A stretch of 64,000 bases of DNA from an uncultured Methanoregulaceae archaeon (GCA_963701095.1 OY969564.1:192001-256000), one strand, 5' to 3'. Positions 1 to 10,428 are shown, numbered from the stretch's first letter. Notes: generated from the letters alone by a model not told the origin. A program made the numbers and translations.

Positions 1-413
1 GGTGTGCACCGGGCCGTCTTTTTCACCGGGTCGACAACAATCAGGAAATCCATCTCTATGTTTTCGACCGGGACCCATTCATCGAAAAGCCTGACCTGGG
101 TGGGATGGTTGGTGGTTGTATAGAACCCCCGGGGAACATTCCGGTCGTCCGTAGCGGGTTCGTAATTGACGGACTGGACCGAAGGCAGGCGGGCACCGAG
201 CCTATGGAGTTCTGAAAGAATGGACCGGAGTTTTTCTTTATCCTGTGCAATAATTTTCAGACGGGCATAACTGGGATCGGTCTTTTTTTTGCCCACATCG
301 AATACAAGAATTTCAAAATTCCCTCCCATATCCATGATCCGATCGAAGAGCCTGGTCATAATGCCCGAATCAATGATATGACCCTGCAGCTCGATCTCTT
401 CTGACTCCACCAT
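1..413 (-). CDS. TIGR00300-family (LOR/SDH-like, ornithine cyclodeaminase-related) protein, N-terminal part; truncated by window edge
   Basis: Manual translation from ATG at 413: MVESEEIELQGHIIDSGIMTRLFDRIMDMGGNFEILVFDVGKKKTDPSYARL...GFYTTTNHPT; open to base 1. Not in ORF track because there is no stop in the window. Confidence 0.8.
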   Translation of the reverse strand, partial: MVESEEIELQGHIIDSGIMTRLFDRIMDMGGNFEILVFDVGKKKTDPSYARLKIIAQDKEKLRSILSELHRLGARLPSVQSVNYEPATDDRNVPRGFYTTTNHPTQVRLFDEWVPVENIEMDFLIVVDPVKKTARCT

Positions 414-556
414 AATAACAATATATTCGACGCGCACCTTAATATTTATTCGTACTAAATACGGCAGCATCTGCCGTTTTTTGGGTGTAAAAGCGCAGAA
501 TGGAGTTTTTTAATCCCGTTTTCGGCGGTAAAATTTTAATTTTAAGGTGACCGCAT

Positions 557-1159
557 TTACTCTCTTCCTTGTTTCCTGAGAAATTCTTCAGCTGCGTTTC
601 GGTCTGTGGGTGTATTGACATTGATAGCTAGCCGGGGATCGTTTATAATCAGCTGGAGTTCATCTTGTGGCTCAGAAATAAGGGAGCCTTGCAGGATATT
701 AAGACCGGTAGGACAGGATAATGTATCCCGGATTTTCGTTTTATATGCAAGATCGCCTTTGCAGTGTGTGACTATGTCTGTCGGGACCCATGTGGAGCAG
801 GCATTTTTTCCCGAACTGATGTATGCATCGCAGACCTTGTCAATAATGTCTTTCTCAATACATGGAATATCCGAAACACTGATAAAAAGCGGATGAGTTT
901 CTTCAAGGACAGTGACCGCTTCTATCATATCGGTTATATAATCCATTCCACCGGTATCGTAACTATCGATGCCATTTGCACGGCACCAGTTTTGGGTCAT
1001 AGGCGTTTTTGGAGATGTTGCCACAACGACGGTGCACCCTGCAGCGGTGAAAGCATTAATGATATAGCGGATCATCGGTTGGTTATTGATGAGAATAAGG
1101 GGTTTTTCCCCAAGGTTAAGACGGCTTCCCGCCCCTCCTGCCATAATCAGCGCACGCAT
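557..1159 (-). CDS. cobY: Adenosylcobinamide-phosphate guanylyltransferase (NTP transferase)
   Basis: ALIMAGGAGSRL..EKP nucleotidyltransferase motif, C-terminal INVNT; overlaps the cobD-like gene. Confidence 0.8.
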   Translation of the reverse strand: MRALIMAGGAGSRLNLGEKPLILINNQPMIRYIINAFTAAGCTVVVATSPKTPMTQNWCRANGIDSYDTGGMDYITDMIEAVTVLEETHPLFISVSDIPCIEKDIIDKVCDAYISSGKNACSTWVPTDIVTHCKGDLAYKTKIRDTLSCPTGLNILQGSLISEPQDELQLIINDPRLAINVNTPTDRNAAEEFLRKQGRE

Positions 1160-2145
1160 GCGGATAATGCCTCTAAAAATCTGGAGTTCTCCTCATGGGT
1201 CCGGACAGCCACCCGGATACAGGAAGCAAGACCAAACGATGTACAGTCACGCACAAGGATATCGTGGGTTTCGAGTTTTGCACACAACGGTCCAACATCG
1301 CATGAACATTCGACGAGAAGGTAATTTGCAGAGGAGGGATAACACCTGAGGCCGGTTTCACTGATGCGCTTGTGGAGGAACTCGCATTCTTTTCTAATGT
1401 ACGCACGGGATTCTCCCAGCTGGTCCAAATGCCTGAATGCTGCAAGGGCAAATGACTCTGCATAGGCATTTACGCTCCAGGGTGGACGGGTTGTCTCTAT
1501 TCTCGCAATTAACTCCGGATCTCCAAACCCGTACCCGAACCGGATTCCGGGGACGGCAAAACTCTTGGTTAGTGAACGCAGGACAAAGAGGGATTCGTCG
1601 CATTCGTTGACAAGGGTCTGTGAAGGATCAGAAAGCTCGATAAATGCCTCGTCAGCAAATAGAATACCGCCATCAGAAGATACTTCATGAAGGTATGACT
1701 TCATTACAAAGTTGGTCTGCAGGTCACCGGTAGGATTGTTAGGATTACATGCAAACGAAACCGTTGCGTTTTTCGGGCTCAGTACCGGTACTGCACCTGT
1801 AAGGCGGGCAGAGAGGTCATACTCTCCGAACGTAGGAGATGGCGTAAAATAGGATTTTTTGCCGGAAAGAACCACAGAACAGAAAACGCGGATCAACTCA
1901 ATAGAACCGTTACCCACGCATATCTCATCAGTGCCACGATGAAATAAGTCTGCTATGCACTCCTTAAGCCGGCTATAATCATTATCAGGATAGGATGAGA
2001 TCAGATCCGGATCGCAGGTCCATTCGAACCGTGGTGGTAAAGGGTTAAGGCTCGCGCTGAAATCCAGCAGGTTTTTCCCGGTATTTTCACGCTGTCGCTT
2101 TCCTGTTCCCCCATGAACTGCAGGTTTTGGAAAATCGCCAGCCAT
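1147..2145 (-). CDS. cobD: Threonine-phosphate decarboxylase (class I/II PLP aminotransferase)
   Basis: HGG, DFSASLNP, NPNNPTG, DEAF, RSLTKSFAVPGIRFGY motifs; next to cobY; ATG 2145 preferred. Confidence 0.75.
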   Translation of the reverse strand: MAGDFPKPAVHGGTGKRQRENTGKNLLDFSASLNPLPPRFEWTCDPDLISSYPDNDYSRLKECIADLFHRGTDEICVGNGSIELIRVFCSVVLSGKKSYFTPSPTFGEYDLSARLTGAVPVLSPKNATVSFACNPNNPTGDLQTNFVMKSYLHEVSSDGGILFADEAFIELSDPSQTLVNECDESLFVLRSLTKSFAVPGIRFGYGFGDPELIARIETTRPPWSVNAYAESFALAAFRHLDQLGESRAYIRKECEFLHKRISETGLRCYPSSANYLLVECSCDVGPLCAKLETHDILVRDCTSFGLASCIRVAVRTHEENSRFLEALSACVR

Positions 2146-2220
2146 CAAATTCTCCGTCTTTTTCAAAATTACTTGGCCGGGAAGTCATAAATGCGTTTGG
2201 AGATGTGGCCTAAAATGAAC

Positions 2221-2236
2221 GGGAAGATATTTATAT
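2221..2236 (+). promoter_or_regulatory. BRE/TATA promoter of cdrS-ftsZ2
   Basis: GGGAAGATATTTATAT: purine-rich BRE followed by TTTATA. Confidence 0.6.
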
Positions 2237-2266
2237 CATTGTGTTTCATTTTGGTGTATCTGGTTA

Positions 2267-2330
2267 AGTCAGACATGAGAGTTCCCTATGTCTGACATAT
2301 GTATGACAAAAAGCAGACATATGTCAGAAA
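2267..2330. promoter_or_regulatory. Array of five TGTCwGACA-like boxes in 11-bp phase (putative CdrS operator)
   Basis: Boxes start at 2267, 2289, 2300, 2311 and 2322; two perfect inverted repeats. Confidence 0.6.
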
Positions 2331-2340
2331 TGGAGATACA

Positions 2341-2520
2341 ATGATGCAACGAATCACGCTCCGGTTACCCGAACAGCAGATAAGCCTCCTCCAGCAGATG
2401 GTGGACGCAGGCGAGTATCCCAATGTTTCTGAAGCTGTCCGGGCAGCTGTCCGCGATCTCGTTGAGAAACGAGCAGGCCGTGTCTTAAAGGATAATGACC
2501 AGGTTTCATTCAAGGTATGA
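2341..2520 (+). CDS. cdrS: Ribbon-helix-helix cell division regulator
   Basis: [13 protein letters not shown]...[19 protein letters not shown] pattern directly upstream of ftsZ, the conserved euryarchaeal arrangement. Confidence 0.85.
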   Translation: MMQRITLRLPEQQISLLQQMVDAGEYPNVSEAVRAAVRDLVEKRAGRVLKDNDQVSFKV

Positions 2521-2530
2521 GAGGGTAGAA

Positions 2531-3698
2531 ATGCAGAGTATAATTAACGATGCGTTAAAAAATTCCGAACTTGAAAAAGATGTAAACAAGTCCGGATCCA
2601 ATGCACCGGATGACGATTTTCTTGGACAACCGAGAATAGTGATTATCGGCTGCGGTGGCGGAGGCAACAACACCGTAAACCGTATCCACCACATGGGAGT
2701 CGCCGGTGCGGAAACGATAGCAATCAATACGGACAAGCAGCACCTGGACATGATCCAGGCTGACAAACGTGTCCTGATCGGGAAATCCCTAACACGTGGT
2801 CTGGGTGCCGGCGGTTACCCCGATGTCGGTAAGCGTGCAGCTGAGATGGCCCGGCCTACTCTTGAGGCACTGCTTGAGTCAGCGGACTTGGTGTTTATCA
2901 CTGCCGGTATGGGAGGAGGTACCGGTACCGGTTCAGCACCGGTTGTCAGCTCAGGTAGCAAAAGAGCAGGGCGCTATTGTCGTCGGGATGGTCAGCTATC
3001 CGTTCCAGGTTGAAAAGGCCCGGCTTATCCGTGCAGAAGAAGGTCTTGAGGCACTTGCCGCGTCAGCAGATTCGGTTATTGTCCTCGATAACAACAGGCT
3101 TAAGAACTTTGTTCCAAACCTTCCCCTCGGCCAGGCATTCTCCGTTATGGACCAGCTTATTGGAGAGACTGTCAAGGGTATTTCGGAAACTATCACCGAA
3201 CCCTCGCTCATCAACATCGATTACGCTGATGTCCGTGCAATTATGTCCAAAGGCGGCGTCGCTTCTATGCTTGTTGGAGAGAGCAAGCAGCAGAACAAGG
3301 CTGAAAGTGTCGTCCGGGAATGCTTAAGCAACCCAATGCTCGACATTGACTACCGCGGAGCAACAGGAAGCCTGATCCACATCACCGGTGGAACGGATCT
3401 TACCCTGCAGGACGCAGAAGAGGTTGCAACTTCGCTCACTTATGAGCTCGATCCCCATGCAGATGTTATCTGGGGTGCCCGTGTAAGACCTGATATGGAA
3501 GGCAAGATCCGTGTCCTTGCCATCATGACCGGTGTCAAGAGTGCGCAGATCCTCGGGACCCGCCAGTCCTACAAGACCATGGTTCAGGAGATCGATGCAA
3601 AGAGGTCCAGCCCTAAACAGGTAGAAATGCCGCAGGGCCGGAAAGTTGCCCCCCGTGACATGCCAAGCGGTGGCGGCGTTCTTGAATGGGTCGGTTAA
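2531..3698 (+). CDS. ftsZ: Cell division protein FtsZ (FtsZ2 type); one frameshift near 2949, probably a sequencing error
   Basis: GCGGGGNN and GMGGGTGTG in one frame; [18 protein letters not shown] and INIDYADV in the next. Confidence 0.93.
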
Positions 3699-3900
3699 AC
3701 GTCCTGAAAAAATCAACTATAATCCAACAGAAAACCGGGGGCAATGGCGTGATTGCCAAAACTCCCGGACTTTTTCTATGAATGTTTAAAGAACGTTCGT
3801 TTCTGTGATTTTGTGTTTTGTTCCGTTAGCCGGCGAAATGCTTATGAGTACTCCCCGCCTTTAAAATATAGTACATTCGACCAGATCATCTGGAGGGAGA

Positions 3901-4002
3901 ATGGTGGGCGATATCCGTTTCCGTACGGGTGTCATCCGTGTATCGGGAGTTGAACATCATGAATCGAGTGTCGAACAAAGGCTTCTCCTGGAAGTCTTGT
4001 AA
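3901..4002 (+). other. Candidate 33-aa small ORF in a long leader
   Basis: GGAGGGAGA immediately before ATG; MVGDIRFRTGVIRVSGVEHHESSVEQRLLLEVL*; no recognisable homology. Confidence 0.25.
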
Positions 4003-4166
4003 ATATCGTACAACACGATCCTATTCTGATGTTTTTTGCCCTGCGTCAGGCAACCTGAGCAGTAATAATGGCATGCGCATTGTTTACGCGCATCCCTGCA
4101 CAGTACAGCCTCTGGCTCTCGCGCCTGCATATTCCCTACAGGAGACAGGATGAGGAGTGGTACCGC

Positions 4167-5026
4167 ATGTTGAATGACTTGATGGAAAAACGAAAGAAGA
4201 TCCTTGCTGAGTCCGAACAGCACAAGAACCGAAGAAATGAGCTCAATGCCGCTGCCAGCAAATTTGCACGGGAACGCAATACTCTTAACAACCAGACCCG
4301 GGAATTTGTTGAAGAGGCCCAGAAAAACAAGGATCTTAGGGATAAGAACAACCAGGAAGTTCTCGATCTCAAAGCACAGCGCAATGAACTGAACGACAAG
4401 GCAAATGTGCTGTTTGAAGACATTGAGGTCTTTAAAAAGGAGCACGGCTCGCTCAAGAACCGGGGCATCAAGGAACTCCAGAAACAGATTGAATACATGG
4501 AGTACCGGCAGCAGACCGAAGTCTTTACTACCGATAAAGAGCGTGAGCTCATCGAAAAGATCAAACAGATGAAAGGCCAGGTCAGGGAGCAGGAAGCCGA
4601 GCTCGAGCAGAATAAAGAGATGCGGACAAAGATCTCGTCTGCCCGGGATTTTCGTAGCTGGCATCCGATCTTCACGCAAAAGTGACTGAACTTGCCGAAC
4701 TTGCCCAGAAACACCATGATCTGATGGTCGAATCATACCGGAAAGCTGACAAGTCTCGCGAAGCTGCTGATGCCGCTCACAAAAGTTTTGTTGAAGCACA
4801 GGAATCTGCCGATGCCGAGCACAAGTCATTCATTGCCTGCCAGAAAGAATTGCGTGATTATGATAAGGTTATTTCCGGCCTGCGCAAGAAGACAAAGAAG
4901 GTTAAGGTAACAAAAGAACAAAAGGCAGTCCGCCAGGAAGCCGAGCACCTGTTCAAGAACTTCCGTGCAGGGGAGAAACTGACGACTGACGATATTCTCC
5001 TGCTACAACGCTCAAAACTCATCTAA
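4167..5026 (+). CDS. Archaeal coiled-coil protein (COG1340-like); frameshift near 4657
   Basis: K/E-rich heptads, YRQQTEVFTTDKERELIEKI, C-terminal GEKLTTDDILLLQR; GAGGAG upstream; two ORFs joined by one frameshift. Confidence 0.8.
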
Positions 5027-5098
5027 TCCTCTATTGTTAATCCTTTTTTCTCGTTCGCAGGTAATAATTAATAGATTTACGGTGATTTTAATATACCA

Positions 5099-6231
5099 AT
5101 GGCACAGGATCGGACGCTCGTCCTGAGTGTTGATCGGGACGACGATATCGGGTGGAAGGCAAAGATTGAAAGCCCGGTTATTGGCAGGCAGGAATGCCTG
5201 AAAGCTGCTACAACATTAGCTCTTGCTGATCCGGAAGACTCCGATGTTAATGCCATATTTTCTGCTGTAAAAATTTACGACGAACTGGTTGCAAAAGGCG
5301 AAGATGCAGTTGTTGCAGTAATCGCAGGAAATCACCTCCATATGATCGAAGGGGACAGGAAGATTGCAACGACCCTTGACGATGTGATAAAAGAAACGCA
5401 TCCCACGTCGTGTATCCTTGTTTCGGACGGTGCAGAAGATGAGTTCGTCGTACCCATCATCCAGTCCCGTATCCCTGTTGCGAGCATCCGCCGGGTTATC
5501 GTTAACCAGATGCCAAACCTGGAAGGGACCTATTATATCCTGAAAAAATTCTTTGACGATCCGAAAATTTCAAGGGTGGTATTTGTCCCTCTTGGTCTTG
5601 CCATGCTCTTGTATGCGATCGCCTATATTCTCGGGTACCGGGTACGGCTACCATCATTGTTATTGGAGTCATCGGGATGTATCTCCTCTATAAAGGATTC
5701 GGCCTGGACGAGTTTATCCACAGCATTATCAACGCACTCCAGGCTTCCATGTCCCGCGGCAAATTTTCCTTTGTCACGTACTCAACTACCATCGTCCTTG
5801 CCGTGATCGGTTTTACTATTGGTTTTTTTACTGTCCTGAACTATTACGCGTCAGATAATTCTCTTGGTGTTCTCCTCTATGTCATGAGTTTTATTTATGG
5901 TGCAATATTCTGGTTGATTATTGCCGGTCTTGTAACGTCGGTAGGTATAATTATAGATGTATATATCAATGAGCGGGAAAATCTCATAAAAGTCATCGTG
6001 TTTCCCTTCTTTGTGACAGCAATCGGGATTATCCTGTATGGAGCAAGCGCCTTCATTCTTGCCATAAGCAGCGTGACGGGTTTTCCTATCAGCGCTGCAT
6101 CCGGTGGCACCTATATTATGTATTCAACGTTGTTCGGCCTTGCCTGCGCAATTGCCGGAGTTGTTATCCAATTCGTTATGGCAAAACGACAGACAGAAAC
6201 CCAGAAAGAATCTATTATCGAAACCATCTGA
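5099..6231 (+). CDS. DUF373 family membrane protein; frameshift near 5640
   Basis: LVLSVDRDDDIG, DPEDSDVN, VSDGAEDE motifs followed by multiple TM helices in the shifted frame. Confidence 0.85.
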
Positions 6232-6356
6232 TATTCTCCTGAATTAATCTCCTTTTCACCAGCACTTTCCTCTCCATAACAGAAAGGGAAAAATCTGCCT
6301 TGAATGAGGGAGACCACCAAAATTCGACAGCCTTTTTTACCGATTCCAAACGAAGA

Positions 6357-6845
6357 TTAAGAAATACTTGGGGCCTGAGGCGGTGTCTGGTTTATCATTA
6401 CTGGATCAAAATACCCCATACCTTCGGGAAACAGGTTTGTATTGGAATAATTGCGTATGACCTGCGGTGATGATACAGCAAGCTTAGGAATAAGAAGGTT
6501 AAACTGGTGCGTCGGGAACCAGTATATGCCATTGCCATAGGAATAAGAAGCCTGGCCGACAGCAAATTCTGCATTGGTCAGGTTGATGTATTCCATACGG
6601 GTATTGTTAAAATTGAGAATGGTTTCAAGTTTATTCTTAAGATCCTGTTCTCCCAGCAAAAAAAAGATGATTCGGGTCCCTTCATCCACGGAGTAATGCA
6701 TGTCGATAATTGCCGTATCATTATGTAATTGGATTTGAACGGATTCAAGGGAAATATAACCGTATCGCTGATCATTGTCAGCTGCCACCGGTGCTATAAG
6801 TACAATCAGGAGAAGACCTACACACACGATGGCACGCATATTCAT
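6357..6845 (-). CDS. Hypothetical secreted protein
   Basis: Signal peptide (APVAA) and several N-x-S/T sequons. Confidence 0.7.
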   Translation of the reverse strand: MNMRAIVCVGLLLIVLIAPVAADNDQRYGYISLESVQIQLHNDTAIIDMHYSVDEGTRIIFFLLGEQDLKNKLETILNFNNTRMEYINLTNAEFAVGQASYSYGNGIYWFPTHQFNLLIPKLAVSSPQVIRNYSNTNLFPEGMGYFDPVMINQTPPQAPSIS

Positions 6846-6934
6846 AGCACTATAAGTTTGAAGGATAACATTAAATCGTTTACTATATTTGTCACGATTT
6901 ATAGTACATTTTCATGAAAAAACGATTAAAATAA

Positions 6935-7210
6935 TTATTTTTTGAGGATAATTTCGATGCTCGAGACATTGGTCCTGCCGGTATCAGTATCGATTACCTC
7001 AGTCGATGTTATGATATCTTTTTTGATGACACCGTCTAGGAACCTGTTTAACGCTATCTCTGCTGTATCAACGGCTCGGGAGATTGCTTTTCCCCGGGCC
7101 TTGATGGCTACCTCTCCGGCTCCATTGTTAAACTGGGTAACAACTGCCAGAACATAGTTCATGACCGGTTTGTTTCCAACAAAAACGGTATTTTCCTTCA
7201 TTTGCTGCAT
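6935..7210 (-). CDS. albA: DNA/RNA-binding protein Alba
   Basis: [34 protein letters not shown]. Confidence 0.95.
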   Translation of the reverse strand: MQQMKENTVFVGNKPVMNYVLAVVTQFNNGAGEVAIKARGKAISRAVDTAEIALNRFLDGVIKKDIITSTEVIDTDTGRTNVSSIEIILKK

Positions 7211-7230
7211 AGGGAGAATGTCCATAGAAA

Positions 7231-8247
7231 TCACAGGTACTTCTTCTTGGTAATCAGTTCAGCATTCAGCACACTTGCACCCGCTGCCCCGCGGATCGTA
7301 TTATGCCCCATCGCCACAAACCTGAGGCCTTCCCTCACTCTGCCGACAGAGACCGTCATACCTTTGCCCCGCATACGATCCAGCCGGGGCTGGGGCCTGT
7401 CGTCATCCGGGAACAGGTGAACAGATTCTGCAGGCTGAGTAGGGAGACCTTTAATGGGGGGTTTGTAGGCAGTATAGGCTTGTTTCACTTTGGCTACCGG
7501 TTCCTTGATGTCGACCCAGACTGCCATGGTATGCCCGTCAATAACCGGTACCCGGTGACAACTTGCACTCACCGAGAACGGTGCATTTAGCACTTTCTTT
7601 CCTTTGAGAGTACCCATGATTTTAAGGGTCTCAGTCTCCATCTTTTCCTCTTCTTTTCCGATGTAAGGGATGACGTTGTCATAGATAGACATTGCAGCTA
7701 CGCCTGCAAAACCTGCTCCCGAAATGGCCTGCATGGTGGCCACCTGAATATGGGAAAACGAAAATTTGCGTAATGGTGCAAGGGCACAGACAAGCATAAT
7801 GGTGGAACAGTTTGGATTAGTGACGATAAACCCGTCTCTTCCGGCATCCCGCTGGACATCTATCAACCCGAGATGATCAGGGTTAACCTCAGGTACGACA
7901 AGCGGAACATTCTGTTCCATCCGGTGCGAACTTGCATTGCTGCAGACGGCTATACCTGCGTCAGCAAACGTGTTTTCTACATCCATTGCAATTTCAGCAG
8001 GAAGCGCGGAGAAGACCAGATCCACGTCTTTCATCGCGGAAGGGTCAATATTTGTGACTTTGAGTTTTGCAATCTTCTCCGGAAATGGCGTTTCAAGACG
8101 CCAGTTTACTACTTTCCCGTAGGGCTTTCCCGCACTACGTTCCGAGGCCGCGAGTGTTGTCAGATTGAACCATGGGTGATCTGATAATTGTTCGACAAAT
8201 CGCTGACCAACCGCGCCCGTAGCACCGAGCACTCCAACATTGATCAT
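7231..8247 (-). CDS. asd: Aspartate-semialdehyde dehydrogenase
   Basis: [31 protein letters not shown]; start at MINVG. Confidence 0.95.
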   Translation of the reverse strand: MINVGVLGATGAVGQRFVEQLSDHPWFNLTTLAASERSAGKPYGKVVNWRLETPFPEKIAKLKVTNIDPSAMKDVDLVFSALPAEIAMDVENTFADAGIAVCSNASSHRMEQNVPLVVPEVNPDHLGLIDVQRDAGRDGFIVTNPNCSTIMLVCALAPLRKFSFSHIQVATMQAISGAGFAGVAAMSIYDNVIPYIGKEEEKMETETLKIMGTLKGKKVLNAPFSVSASCHRVPVIDGHTMAVWVDIKEPVAKVKQAYTAYKPPIKGLPTQPAESVHLFPDDDRPQPRLDRMRGKGMTVSVGRVREGLRFVAMGHNTIRGAAGASVLNAELITKKKYL

Positions 8248-8464
8248 GGCTGACAGGTCCTGTGTAGTTTGTAATTCCCGTTTGAAATGATGGCGGGTTG
8301 TAAAGTCCCATTTCACCTGCGATAATAAAAACATTGTTTTTTATAGTTTTCACTAATCGGGCTGAGATGCATTCGAGAAAGGCAGCAACAATAAACAGAC
8401 CCTGCTTTCGTTTTTCAGACGGGTAAACCAGAATTGGGATAAAAAAAGAGTTGTATGAAAAAAA

Positions 8465-8638
8465 TTATTCCATCTGGATGGCTTCAGATGGGCATGCGTC
8501 TACGCAGGTCTGACAGTCAACACACATATCCTTGTCTACCTTTGCTTTCTCGTTTTCCATGGATATTGCCGACGCCGGGCATTCACTGACGCAGGTTTCA
8601 CAACCAGTACATTTTGTAGTATCAATCACTGCTACCAA
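8465..8638 (-). CDS. 2[4Fe-4S] ferredoxin, 57 aa (absent from ORF track)
   Basis: TTG start after GGAGTGA; MVAVIDTTKCTGCETCVSECP...CVDCQTCVDACPSEAIQME with two CxxCxxCxxxCP motifs. Confidence 0.92.
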   Translation of the reverse strand: MVAVIDTTKCTGCETCVSECPASAISMENEKAKVDKDMCVDCQTCVDACPSEAIQME

Positions 8639-8713
8639 CTAGTTCACTCCATCGTAATAATTCGATTAAAGATAAAAAATAGGTTTCTATTAGAGACAGC
8701 GATTTTTAGGAAC

Positions 8714-9484
8714 TTATGTCGTTTTTTTGAGGTTGAGGACATCGTCCATGCCATAAATGCCTGGTTTTTTGTCCACAATCCAGCGGGCTGCACGCAGGGC
8801 ACCGCTTGCAAATACCGACCGATCGTAGGCTCGGTGGGAGAGTTCGATCGTCTCAAAATTTTTAGAGAACATGACCTTGTGGTCTCCGACAATATCTCCA
8901 CCCCGGATCACATGCACGCCGATTTCGTTTCCGCGTTCCATCATACCTTCGCGGCCGTAGAGTTTCTTGCGGTCACCGATCTCTTTATCCAGGATCTGCA
9001 GGATGGTTTTTGCAGTTCCGCTCGGGGCATCTTTCTTGTTCCGGTGATGTGCCTCGATGACTTCAATATCGTAATCACCGAGCAGTATGCCGGCTTCCCT
9101 CACCAACTGCCAGAAGATGTTAACTCCAACCGAGAAGTTGCTTGAGATGACAGCAGGAACGTGCCCCTTGATGGCCGCGGACATTGTTTCACGTTGTTCC
9201 GGGGTAAATCCCGTTGTCCCCACAATAAGGGCCACATGGTTTTTCACTGCGGCTTTTACATTTTCAACCGCTGCATGCGCGATGGTAAAATCGATAAGAA
9301 CATCCGGTTTCTTGCTTTTTAAGAGAGTTTCCATTTCCTGCGTGGGAACAATATCTGCCCCAAAGAAACAGCCTGAGTGAAGATCGATTCCGCCTACCAG
9401 TTCAAGATCGGTAGAATCGTTGACCATTCTTCCCAAGGTCTGCCCCATACGGCCGGAGGCACCGCAAATAACAACTTTGACCAT
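8714..9484 (-). CDS. dapB: 4-hydroxy-tetrahydrodipicolinate reductase
   Basis: GASGRMG, IVGTTG, EAHHRNKKDAPSGTA; own ATG at 9484. Confidence 0.93.
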   Translation of the reverse strand: MVKVVICGASGRMGQTLGRMVNDSTDLELVGGIDLHSGCFFGADIVPTQEMETLLKSKKPDVLIDFTIAHAAVENVKAAVKNHVALIVGTTGFTPEQRETMSAAIKGHVPAVISSNFSVGVNIFWQLVREAGILLGDYDIEVIEAHHRNKKDAPSGTAKTILQILDKEIGDRKKLYGREGMMERGNEIGVHVIRGGDIVGDHKVMFSKNFETIELSHRAYDRSVFASGALRAARWIVDKKPGIYGMDDVLNLKKTT

Positions 9485-9491
9485 ACCGGAT

Positions 9492-10420
9492 TCACCGCCG
9501 GCTGGATTTTGCAGCTGATTTTTTCTTTGAAGTTGTTTTCTTTGCAGCCGGAATCGTTGCGAGCACTTTTTTGAGTTCTTCTGTCTTTTTCTCGTCAAGA
9601 TTATCGAGAGGAAGCCTGACCGGACCCCGGCCATTCCCACCAGTTCAACGGCTTTTTTTACCGGAATGGGATTGGTGTCGATAAACATTGAGCGGAACAG
9701 GGGCGAAAGGGCATAGTGGAGATTAAGCGCTTTTTTCCAGTCTCCTTTTTCTGCCGCTTCGCATAATGCAACCATGCGGGACGGATCCACGTTTGCGGCA
9801 ACCGAGATTACACCTTTACCGCCAAGGGCCATGATCGGGAGGGTGAGATTATCATCTCCTGATATCACTGCAAAGTCTTCGTCCCGGGTCATTTCAATAA
9901 TCCGCGAGACCTGGCCGATATTGCCGCTTGCCTCTTTGATGCCGACGATACTGGGGTGTTGTGCAAGTTCAGCGATCAGGTCAGGTTCAAGGTTCTGGCC
10001 GGTGCGGCCCGGGACATTGTAGATGACCACCGGAATATCGAGATCTGCAAGTTTGGTGTAATGCTTTACCAGTCCTGCGCGGTTGGGCTTGTTGTAATAC
10101 GGGCTGATAACGAGCACGCCATCTGCGCCGGTGTCCTTTGCCGCCTTCGTGAGTATGACTGCTTCCGCCGTATTGTTTGAGCCCGTGCCGGCAAGTACAG
10201 GTACCTTGCCGTTGATCTTATCGATAGTAACACTGACTACTTTCTCGTGCTCGGCAAACGAAAGTGTTGCCGACTCTCCCGTAGAACCGCAGGGCACGAT
10301 CCCGTGAATACCACAGGACAGGAGATACGCAATGTTTCGCTCAAGACCCGAAACATCAAGGTCCATTGCGGAATTACGTTTAAAAGGAGTTATTATAGCG
10401 GGAAGGACACCTTCAAACAT
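9492..10420 (-). CDS. dapA: 4-hydroxy-tetrahydrodipicolinate synthase; frameshift near 9626
   Basis: GSTGE, YNVPGRTG, GIKEASG, NPIPVK; GPVRLPL continues in another frame to TGA at 9492-9494. Confidence 0.93.
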
Positions 10421-10428
10421 ATGTAGCG

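Noticed and set aside
3870..4166. RNase P or SRP RNA
   Set aside because: I found no GAGGAAAGTCC-type P4 motif and no SRP helix-8/Alu signature on either strand.
3957..4829. Long antisense ORFs, here and opposite aCPSF1, the cdh genes and 60960-61721
   Set aside because: They are shadows of well-supported genes on the other strand and show no motifs.
8714..10420. 568-aa DapA-DapB fusion in the ORF track
   Set aside because: The linker is out-of-frame sequence. Adding one G at the run 9625-9628 restores GPVRLPL and a stop at 9492, and dapB has its own ATG.
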